Shown here: in pieces, positions 9,294-16,760 of the stretch
How positions within the stretch are numbered: position 1 is the stretch's first letter
Layout of the letters: every line of letters begins with the position of its first letter
Assembly: GCA_023244895.1 (NCBI GenBank)
Contig: JAHFLL010000001.1
Span: forward strand, 681,802 to 745,801
DNA length: 64,000 nt
From: Candidatus Liptonbacteria bacterium
Lineage (GTDB): Bacteria > Patescibacteriota > Minisyncoccia > UBA6257 > 2-01-FULL-56-20
Direction of reading: 5' to 3'
Position numbers and translations under genes: made by a program
The notes under the pieces: model-generated
What the model was told of the DNA's origin: nothing
Seen by the model: the letters and a program-made list of their open reading frames with translations, nothing else
Database searches by the model: none

Positions 9294-10595
9294 TTATTGC
9301 TCCGCCGGTCTTTTGGCTAAAACTAACTTGAGAGTCATGGTCTTGTCCCCTCTTCTTATCTCCAATGAGATCTCGTCCCCTATGCCATAATTGGATATCA
9401 AGCTGCCCAGAGAACGTTCCGGGGTAATTTTCTTGCCATCCAAGGAAAGAATAATGTCCTCCGCCAGAATACCAGCCTTTTCCGCGGGCGAGCCGGGCGC
9501 CACCCCCGGACCATCCGCACTCCCCCTCACCAGCGCCCCATAGTCCACGGGTAGCTTTTCTTTTTCCGCGACAGCTGCCGTGACGGCCATATAGCGCACG
9601 CCTAAGTAGGCAGACTGTATCTCGCCGGTTTTTTTGACGGACGCAATGTCCCGTTTGGCGTCGTTAATCGGAATAGCAAAACCGATATTTTGTGCGCCGG
9701 AGGCCATGGCGGTGTTTATGCCAATAACCTCTCCCTTTAAATTAAGTAGTGGGCCGCCGGAGTTGCCCAGATTGATAGCCGCGTCGGTTTGAATAACACC
9801 GTGGATGGTTTCCGTACCCATACCCGGACCGGAAGCCTGGACCGTGCGCGAGAGACCGGAAATGACGCCAACCGAAACGGTATTGCGATATTCTCCCAGG
9901 GCGTTCCCGATGGAAATCGCGGTCTGACCCAATTCTATACTGTCCGAATCTCCCAACTCCACGGGAGTTAAACCGATTTTATCTATTTTTATGACTGCCA
10001 AGTCCTTGGCTGGGTCGCGCGCCAAAACCTTAGCGTCATACTTCTTGCCGTCGTTCGTAAAAACCGTGTAGGTCGCCTTGGTGTCCGCGACCACGTGTTT
10101 ATTGGTCAGAATTAAGCCATCCGCGGAGATAATAAAGCCACTGCCCCCGCCCACTTCCTGCAATTTAGAGCCCTGTTCGCATGCTTGCTGCTGAAACTGC
10201 GGGATATTGCCAAAGAATTGCTGGAACTCCGGAGGTAGGTCAGAGAAAGGATTAAGCGGGCTTGTTTGGCAGTTTTCTAGAATAGGCACATTTTTGGAAA
10301 CGGTAATCGCGACTACCGCTGGGGAGGCTTTTTTGACTGCCGCGATAGTGGCTTTTTCATAGTCCAGAGCCGGCTTATAAAGAGGAACTTCCTCTGCCTT
10401 TTTAGATTCATCTTGCTTCAAGACCGGCCCACCCTCCGAGCCTGGCACGGAGACCGGCGCCATATTGTCTTTTATACCTTGCCAAAGATTTCCCCAAAAA
10501 CCCGCCTTGACCTGGGGCGCGAATAGTATTGCAACCAATAAGAAAACCGCGACCAACCAGAAAAACTTAATATTTTTATTATTAGGTTCGTGCAT
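9294..10595 (-). CDS. HtrA/DegP-family periplasmic serine endoprotease with a PDZ domain
   Basis: Trypsin-like catalytic motifs including TDAAINLGNSGGPLLN; C-terminal PDZ-like region; N-terminal TM anchor. Confidence 0.9.
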   Translation of the reverse strand: MHEPNNKNIKFFWLVAVFLLVAILFAPQVKAGFWGNLWQGIKDNMAPVSVPGSEGGPVLKQDESKKAEEVPLYKPALDYEKATIAAVKKASPAVVAITVSKNVPILENCQTSPLNPFSDLPPEFQQFFGNIPQFQQQACEQGSKLQEVGGGSGFIISADGLILTNKHVVADTKATYTVFTNDGKKYDAKVLARDPAKDLAVIKIDKIGLTPVELGDSDSIELGQTAISIGNALGEYRNTVSVGVISGLSRTVQASGPGMGTETIHGVIQTDAAINLGNSGGPLLNLKGEVIGINTAMASGAQNIGFAIPINDAKRDIASVKKTGEIQSAYLGVRYMAVTAAVAEKEKLPVDYGALVRGSADGPGVAPGSPAEKAGILAEDIILSLDGKKITPERSLGSLISNYGIGDEISLEIRRGDKTMTLKLVLAKRPAEQ

Positions 10596-10667
10596 TTTTT
10601 GCTTATATTTCTTCGCGATATACGACGCGTAAAATATCGCTCTCTTACTTATCTGACTATATATATT

Positions 10668-11966
10668 TTAGCCTGCGGACTCTACTAATTTTCGGATAGC
10701 TCCGAGCGCCACGTCAACCTGTCTGCGGTCTGTCCCCCGGCCTAAGGTTATGCGTAAGCTGTGTCGGGCGATCTTATCATCCCCAAACATGGCTCGTAGG
10801 ACATGGGATGGTTCCGCCCCGCGCGCGGAACAGGCCGAACCCGTAGAAACCGCGACTCCCTGCATATCCAGGTAGGTCAGCGCCTCCTCGGCTAAAACGC
10901 CCGGTAGATATACATTAATATTATTGGGCAGGCGCGCGTATTTTTCACCACCCCGAACATCCGGACCGTTTAATCTGGCCTTCCTGTTTATTAATACAAT
11001 CTTTTCCCAAAAATAATTTCGTAGTCCGAAGATTCTTTTCGCCTCCTCCTGTTTTATTTTTTCCGAAACACGCACGGCTTCGGCTAGGCCGACAATATTC
11101 GCCACATTTTCCGTCCCGGAGCGCAAGCCGAACTCCTGACCCCCACCGGTTATCTGAGCCTGCAACATGGACCATGGAACAGAAAGCCTACTATCTTGTT
11201 TTGTGCCGCTTGCACCCTGTTTAATGTTGTGTGTTTTGCGTCCCATGATTAGCGCTCCCACCCCCTTCGGGCCATATATCTTGTGCCCGGAGATGGTCAT
11301 AAAATCCACCCCCAGCTCATTCGGGCGGCAATCCAGATACTGCAAGGCCTGGACCGCATCCGTATGGAAAAGCGGGTACGTGCCAGTAGCTCTGAATTTG
11401 GCTATTTCCGCGCCTATTTTAGAGATGGGCTCTATCGTGCCGATTTCGTTATTCGCATACATCACCGATACCAAAACAGTTTTGTCGTTCAATAGCTTTT
11501 TGAGCTCGGGCAGGCTCACTACTCCCTCCTCGTCCACGGGCAATATTTTTAATTCTATGAGCCCCTCCTGCTCCATATCCCGCGTGGTCTTTAAAACCGA
11601 ATCGTGCTCCACTGCCGAGACTATTACCCTCGGCAAGTAGTCCGAATGCTCCGAATGTCTTTTTTCGGATAATTCGGATGCCATTCGGGTCATTCGAGTC
11701 GCTTTTACAATCCCCCGCAAAACCAGATTGTTCGCCTCCGTAGCCGAACTGGTAAAAATCACGTCCCGGAAATCCACTTCCAGCATTTTCGCAATCGCCT
11801 CCCTGGACTTATCTATCGCCCCCATCGCTTCCTGACCGAAGGAGTGAAGTGAGCCGGGATTGCCGAAGATGTCGCTAAAATACGGCCGCATAGCCTTAAA
11901 CACCCCTTCGTCCAGAGGCGTCGTCGCGGCGTAGTCCAAATATATTCTCTTATTAGTGCCAATCAT
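10668..11966 (-). CDS. Cysteine desulfurase (class-V aminotransferase, NifS/IscS-like). It carries an about 25-aa insertion encoded by a repeat element
   Basis: PLP-lysine motif ISGHKIYGPKGVGAL; overall NifS/IscS-like layout; atypical segment RMTRMASELSEKRHSEHSDYL encoded by the ATTCGG-rich repeat. Confidence 0.85.
   Translation of the reverse strand: MIGTNKRIYLDYAATTPLDEGVFKAMRPYFSDIFGNPGSLHSFGQEAMGAIDKSREAIAKMLEVDFRDVIFTSSATEANNLVLRGIVKATRMTRMASELSEKRHSEHSDYLPRVIVSAVEHDSVLKTTRDMEQEGLIELKILPVDEEGVVSLPELKKLLNDKTVLVSVMYANNEIGTIEPISKIGAEIAKFRATGTYPLFHTDAVQALQYLDCRPNELGVDFMTISGHKIYGPKGVGALIMGRKTHNIKQGASGTKQDSRLSVPWSMLQAQITGGGQEFGLRSGTENVANIVGLAEAVRVSEKIKQEEAKRIFGLRNYFWEKIVLINRKARLNGPDVRGGEKYARLPNNINVYLPGVLAEEALTYLDMQGVAVSTGSACSARGAEPSHVLRAMFGDDKIARHSLRITLGRGTDRRQVDVALGAIRKLVESAG
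11635..11706. repeat. In-frame copy of the ATTCGG-rich RPE-like repeat element inside the cysteine desulfurase CDS. It consists of an inverted half plus a direct half
   Basis: gtccgaatgctccgaatgtcttttttcggataattcggatgccattcgggtcattcgagtcgctttt closely matches the intergenic copies at 19739, 25021 and 47587-47677. Confidence 0.65.
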
Positions 11967-12150
11967 TAATTAAATATCTACACGTACTTAATCCGTCATC
12001 TAAAAGGAATTATGAATTAAGAATTGTGAATTAGGCAAATTCTAAGATCTCTTAAACCCACTACCGAGAAATAACGAGCTTAAGAGATTGGGCAGAGGCG
12101 GCGCATAAGACGCCACGTACCCAATATGCTTGACGGGAGAGCTCTCGCCG

Positions 12151-12714
12151 CTACAGGAAGATGATCAGTGTGCAGACCACCACCCAGACGAGCAGTACGA
12201 CGAAGTGCGTGAACTGCTCCTCCTTGTCAGGCTCATCGGCTTCGTACTCCCGAACCTTCCCTCCATCGTGAATGTCCCTTTCCTCCTTCAGAACCCGCCT
12301 GGGGATGCAGTTCTTGTAGTAGGAGTAGGTCCAGATCACGAAACCCACGAGTAGGAGGGGCACGCCCACCAGAAACTGAATCAGGTCGGTGCCGATCACC
12401 TTCCAGGCGATGAGGATCATAGTGAACTGCCCCACGCCGGTCTTGCTGAACTCGTCGGCCTGCTTGGTAAGCGCGCCGAGCGAGCCGTTCACAGCCTCGC
12501 CCACTTCCTTGCCGAGGCCGACCCACTTGCCGTAGGTCTCGATCCTGCGTTTGAGGTTGTCCTGCTCCACCGTCGCGATCTGCGAAGCGGTGAGTTGGCT
12601 CTTGGGAACAGAGACCATCTCCTCCTGGCCCGGTGCGGTCTGGGCCAGTACCGGCTGGACAAACCCAGCCAGAACTACGAACGCGACGAGGACGAACAGC
12701 AGTCTGCGCATCAC
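12151..12714 (-). CDS. GC-rich orphan ORF. Predicted exported protein with a signal peptide, a roughly 75-aa soluble domain and two C-terminal TM helices
   Basis: 187 aa; N-terminus MMRRLLFVLVAFVVLAGFVQPVLAQ; C-terminal hydrophobic helices; local GC clearly above the flanks. Confidence 0.55.
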   Translation of the reverse strand: MMRRLLFVLVAFVVLAGFVQPVLAQTAPGQEEMVSVPKSQLTASQIATVEQDNLKRRIETYGKWVGLGKEVGEAVNGSLGALTKQADEFSKTGVGQFTMILIAWKVIGTDLIQFLVGVPLLLVGFVIWTYSYYKNCIPRRVLKEERDIHDGGKVREYEADEPDKEEQFTHFVVLLVWVVVCTLIIFL

Positions 12715-12882
12715 ACTCTCCCTTGTTTGAGCCCAGCTTGAAAACTGGGCTGTTGGCTACGGCCCTCAAGAACAATTAATCAAAGATTGATTCCTGAAGG
12801 CCATAGCCACCCTTATCAAAGAACGGCCATAATATAAAATATGAATATTAATATGTCAATTTTTCTGCTTGATTCAGACTAG

Positions 12883-13437
12883 TTATGACTTCCCAAACCT
12901 GACCTCCTTCATCTCCCCCGTCTCCCGGTCGGGAATGAGAAACGCACCCTTCTCTCTATATATATCATATAGCCTCTTAGTCAGTTCTACATCTTTGAGA
13001 CAATATTCCTTCAGCTCCTCAAATCTGCGTTCGTCGTACATCTTAATGGCTTCTGAGCCATGCCCGGTTTTAGCCTCCCCTAAATTCGCCTCCGCGAGGC
13101 GGCTTAAACTGATACGCCGTCCGGTAACAAACTCTATTTTATCCAGCAGATCAACCCGTTCCTTCCCAAACAAATCTAGGCCCACTTTCAGCCTATTAAA
13201 ATGATAGTTCAAGACCGGAATATCGTAGCGATTACTACTGAAGCCAACCAGCGTGTCTGCCCTGTTAAAGTGTTCCGCCGCCAGCACCAACTCATTCTCA
13301 TTAAAATAAGAATATTTATCGGTTTCATATTCATAGATACCCACGCCAGAAATTTTAAGGCGCGCGAAATTATTCCAACCCACATCCGGGTCGGTAAAAA
13401 AGTTGGCTGTCTCAATATCAAATACTAAAGTTTTCAT
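12883..13437 (-). CDS. DEDDy-type 3'-5' exonuclease (DnaQ / YprB / RNase_H_2-like)
   Basis: Exo I motif LVFDIETANF; Exo II motif GFSSNRYDIPVL; Exo III motif YCLKDVELTKRLY; 184 aa. Confidence 0.75.
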   Translation of the reverse strand: MKTLVFDIETANFFTDPDVGWNNFARLKISGVGIYEYETDKYSYFNENELVLAAEHFNRADTLVGFSSNRYDIPVLNYHFNRLKVGLDLFGKERVDLLDKIEFVTGRRISLSRLAEANLGEAKTGHGSEAIKMYDERRFEELKEYCLKDVELTKRLYDIYREKGAFLIPDRETGEMKEVRFGKS

Positions 13438-13479
13438 TTGTATTCCCTGTTCTGTCTTTTACTACCTACTGCTAACTAA

Positions 13480-14040
13480 TCAGTGCGTGTATCTGTCCGC
13501 CACATTAGATGCCGCGTAGCTGTCTGGCTTGGTGATTGCTTCAAAATTGTAAGCGCGGATCATACCGACAACTTCTTGGATCAAGCTCTTGGTCGCTCCC
13601 CCCTCGCCCACGTCCGCGTGGATTTCAAACTCCCATTCCGGAATATTTTCCGCGCCTGGCCCGCTCGCGGGAATAAGATTGCGCAACTCCCCTAGAACCT
13701 GCTGGCCCAACTCTAAAGAAAGCATCACTTCCTTAATAATCCTGTCCCGCAAGGTGTGGAACTTGCCGTAATCTAAATGGCGCCAGAAGTACCTACCCCC
13801 GCTGCCTATGCGATGGATGACCACCGCAGTCACAAAATCAACCTTGTCTTCCGAATTCTTCTGGGAATCGGTGCCAATGGTTATCTTGTACTTGCGGAGT
13901 GGCTCCGCTCGCATAAAACCAACCAAATCCTCCACGAGCTCGGGGACGGTTCGCTTTAGGCCATATGCGCTATTAAACTTAGTATCTTCGGACACAATAT
14001 CCATACCAAAGCACTCTACTCCAAACCTAAATCCTGTCAA
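13480..14040 (-). CDS. Hypothetical protein with a probable RNase H-like (RuvC / RNase HI-like) fold
   Basis: 186 aa; ITIGTDSQ followed by VDFVTAVVIH (beta1-beta2 pattern with an acidic residue); C-terminal PEWEFEIHADVGEGG resembles the RNase HI WEWVKGHAGH region. The assignment is tentative. Confidence 0.45.
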   Translation of the reverse strand: MTGFRFGVECFGMDIVSEDTKFNSAYGLKRTVPELVEDLVGFMRAEPLRKYKITIGTDSQKNSEDKVDFVTAVVIHRIGSGGRYFWRHLDYGKFHTLRDRIIKEVMLSLELGQQVLGELRNLIPASGPGAENIPEWEFEIHADVGEGGATKSLIQEVVGMIRAYNFEAITKPDSYAASNVADRYTH

Positions 14041-14050
14041 AAAAATTGAA

Positions 14051-14075
14051 GCCCGGACGCTGTTCTGTCCGGGCT
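14051..14075 (-). terminator. Terminator hairpin after the small ORF at 14100-14456
   Basis: gcccggacgctgttctgtccgggc; on the minus strand it is followed by a T-run (plus-strand caaaaaaa at 14040-14047). Confidence 0.6.
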
Positions 14076-14099
14076 AAAGCCTTCTCTGTCCGCCGTCTC

Positions 14100-14456
14100 C
14101 TAGGACGGCTTACCAGACGGCAACGCGATGGACTCGCCGTATGCCCGCACCGTCTCCATGGCGGAGACCGTCCCGTCCTGGCGGCGCAGCTCCTCAGCCG
14201 TGTCCGAGGCCAGCCGGGCCGTGACCCGTTCCGCGTCCTCGATCACTCCCGAAATTCTGCCCACGAGGGGGGAGATGGCCAGCAGTTGACGCATGACCCT
14301 CTCGGCCTCCACCTGGCGCTCCAGGAGCTGCTTCTTGTCGTTGTCCACCACAGCGAAGAGTTGAGCGTGGATTCTCGACAAGGAAGCGTTCAGTGTTTCC
14401 ACCGCCTCGGTCAATGTGACCTGTCTTGACTCTGCCACAGCAGACCTCCTCCCCAA
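14100..14456 (-). CDS. GC-rich orphan small ORF (118 aa), predicted all-alpha, no recognisable domain
   Basis: Open frame in a high-GC segment with AT-rich promoter and terminator spacers on both sides. Confidence 0.45.
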   Translation of the reverse strand: MGRRSAVAESRQVTLTEAVETLNASLSRIHAQLFAVVDNDKKQLLERQVEAERVMRQLLAISPLVGRISGVIEDAERVTARLASDTAEELRRQDGTVSAMETVRAYGESIALPSGKPS

Positions 14457-14479
14457 CCGAGAAACCGGTCAGGCTGGCC

Positions 14480-14560
14480 CAATCATATCAATAGAAATAG
14501 ATACGTCAATTCCAAAACCATATAAAAAACGCAACGCCCGTGGCCACGATGGCAACGAGC
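14480..14560. terminator. AT-rich spacer with a near-palindromic hairpin (gcaacgcccgtggccacgatggcaacg) flanked by an A-run and a T-run. Looks like a bidirectional terminator
   Basis: aaaaaacgcaacgcccgtggccacgatggcaacgagcgttatttttt. Confidence 0.5.
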
Positions 14561-14561
14561 G

Positions 14562-14843
14562 TTATTTTTTGGTCTCATCTTTCGCTTGCCCTGCCCGCGC
14601 GATAGCCAGAGCGGACACGAGCGAGAGGTGAAGGTGCGCGAGAGTGCGCAGGGAGCCATACAGAGCGAGCTCGGCCTGGGCGGCGGCTTCCAGCACAGAG
14701 AGCTCTTCGGGAGAGACTCCCCGCTCCAGAGCATTGCGCACTTCCTGAATCAATCCCAAGACGCGCCGACGTGACTCGGCCGCCTTTTGTCGTTCGTCAA
14801 ACAGCCTCGCTGGGTCCATAAGTCCCCCTTCCCCTGCACTCAA
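14562..14843 (-). CDS. GC-rich orphan small ORF (93 aa), predicted helical
   Basis: Open frame in a high-GC segment bounded by AT-rich spacers. Confidence 0.45.
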   Translation of the reverse strand: MSAGEGGLMDPARLFDERQKAAESRRRVLGLIQEVRNALERGVSPEELSVLEAAAQAELALYGSLRTLAHLHLSLVSALAIARAGQAKDETKK

Positions 14844-14964
14844 CTAACACCTTCCAGTCATAAAAATCAAGACAGTACTAATATATATATCCTTAAAATG
14901 ACGAACGCTCGCGATGCCCAATGCATCGCGAGCGCTACCCTACTACGCCACGCATAGACGCCTC

Positions 14965-15207
14965 CTACGCCCGGGACGACCAACGAAGTTCAAACTCCTC
15001 TCGGGCTGCCTTCAGGTTGTCCATAGCTTCGGCAAGCCCGTCAAGCGAATCCGCGCAGGAGTTGCTTGAGGTCACGAGCTTGTCGACCGGAGGCTCACTG
15101 CCCTTTGGTCTTCCGGCCCATTCCCGATATCTGGCGGCTAGGCCCTTCGTTTTCACGGTTAGCGCCGCAACCAGATCCAGGAATGCGATTCCGTTTGGGG
15201 TGTCCAT
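14965..15207 (-). CDS. GC-rich orphan small ORF (80 aa)
   Basis: Open frame; downstream hairpin cgctcgcgatgcccaatgcatcgcgagcg at about 14905-14935; upstream promoter-like TTTACG...TATAGT. Confidence 0.4.
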   Translation of the reverse strand: MDTPNGIAFLDLVAALTVKTKGLAARYREWAGRPKGSEPPVDKLVTSSNSCADSLDGLAEAMDNLKAAREEFELRWSSRA

Positions 15208-15301
15208 GGCTCACCTCCCTTCTCCCAAGACGGTTCCTGCCCTTACTATAGCAAATCGCGGGTGCGCCGAAAAATATCGTAAATTCGCCTGCTTATAGAA
15301 A

Positions 15302-16648
15302 TTATTTGTTGTGGATTAGACCCAAAATTTCTTCTGTCTTCTGTTGCATAAGCTCTCTACTTTTGGCTTCTAAGTTTAAACGCAACATCCGTTCGCCGGT
15401 ATTAGAAAATCTCAGGTTCGCGCGCCAATCTGGATATTCTATTGAAATCCCATCCATATTGTTCATGCGTGCATCCGCGTAACGTCTTTCTAGCCTGGCC
15501 AGGACATTCTCTGAGTCAAATATATCCTTGAGGTAAGTATTTATCTCTCCCGAGATAAAATATTTTTGGAAAAGAGGCTCAAATAGCTCGCTAACCTTCC
15601 GGCCCGATTCCGAAACTATCTGAGATATGGTTAGGAATGGGATAAGACCGTTGTCCGCGTAAAAATAGTCGCGGAAGTAGTAGTGTCCGCTCATCTCTCC
15701 TCCGAAAACCGCGTCCTCTTTGCGCATACGTTCTTTAATGAATGTGTGACCTGCTTTATTTTCTATCGTACTGCCGCCTGCCGCCCCAACCAGATCTATG
15801 GTCGCTCGCGTTAAACGCAAGTCGCTCACCACCCTTGCGCCAGGATTCTTTTTCGCGAAATATTCTCCCAGAAAAGCGGTAATGTAATAGCCGGGAATGT
15901 AACGACCATTCTCGTCAAAAAGGAAGAATCTGTCCGCGTCCGCATCCCAAGCTACCCCAAAATCCGGTTTTTCTTTTTTTACCAGCTCTTCTGTCTCCAC
16001 CCTGTTCTGTTCCTGCAATGGATCGGGCTGGCCCTTAGGAAAACTGCCATCCATTTCTTCATTTAAGGGAATTATCTGAAACGGCAGATTAGCATTGCGA
16101 ATGTTTCGCAGCACTGGACCATTCATTCCGTTGATAACTATCCGCAAGGGCTTAAGCTTAGAAATATCAATAAATTCCAGGCACTTCTTTAAATAATCCG
16201 ACATAATTTCCTTGCCGCTTACCTGGCCCGCTATTTCCGCCTTATGTGCGTAGCCACCTTCCACCAACTTCTTTATATCGGACAGGCCAGAATCGGAAGA
16301 GATGGCCACTGCGTGGGCTCGCACCATTTTGATGCCGTTATATTCCCTTTTGTCGTGCGAGGCGGTTATACTCATGCCCCCATCCACCGGATATGCTCCA
16401 GCGGCAAAATAGAGCATGTCTGTAGTAATCACCCCGATGTCTATCACATTCACTCCATGGTCCATAAAACCCTGGGCGGCAGCACGACACAAAGCTGGAC
16501 CAGACAATCTCACGTCCCGTCCCAAAACCACCACTTTGGGCGAATACATTTTGCTGTATGCCTGAGCAATTGCATATACAGCCTTCTCGTCTATGTCCTC
16601 CGGATAGATGCCTCTTATATCGTATGCCTTGAATATGGCTGGATTCAT
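15302..16648 (-). CDS. Phosphomannomutase/phosphoglucomutase (alpha-D-phosphohexomutase family)
   Basis: 448 aa; active-site serine loop SITASHDKREYNGIK (TASHNP-type); four-domain phosphohexomutase layout. Confidence 0.85.
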   Translation of the reverse strand: MNPAIFKAYDIRGIYPEDIDEKAVYAIAQAYSKMYSPKVVVLGRDVRLSGPALCRAAAQGFMDHGVNVIDIGVITTDMLYFAAGAYPVDGGMSITASHDKREYNGIKMVRAHAVAISSDSGLSDIKKLVEGGYAHKAEIAGQVSGKEIMSDYLKKCLEFIDISKLKPLRIVINGMNGPVLRNIRNANLPFQIIPLNEEMDGSFPKGQPDPLQEQNRVETEELVKKEKPDFGVAWDADADRFFLFDENGRYIPGYYITAFLGEYFAKKNPGARVVSDLRLTRATIDLVGAAGGSTIENKAGHTFIKERMRKEDAVFGGEMSGHYYFRDYFYADNGLIPFLTISQIVSESGRKVSELFEPLFQKYFISGEINTYLKDIFDSENVLARLERRYADARMNNMDGISIEYPDWRANLRFSNTGERMLRLNLEAKSRELMQQKTEEILGLIHNK

Positions 16649-16760
16649 ATTTTCAAATTATATCCTAAATCGCGTAGAAACATGCAACCACTACCCCGGG
16701 AGCAATGTCCCAAAGGGGCGGATTGATATTTCTTCATTAATAGACGAAAATATATGGCGT

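Noticed and set aside
12233-12775. Alternative 180-aa frame through the GC-rich segment (Arg/Gly-rich)
   Set aside because: The overlapping frame at 12151-12714 has a signal peptide and TM helices. This frame is typical high-GC off-frame noise.
16244-16726. 160-aa plus-strand ORF antisense to the phosphohexomutase gene
   Set aside because: It lies entirely within a well-supported conserved gene on the opposite strand.
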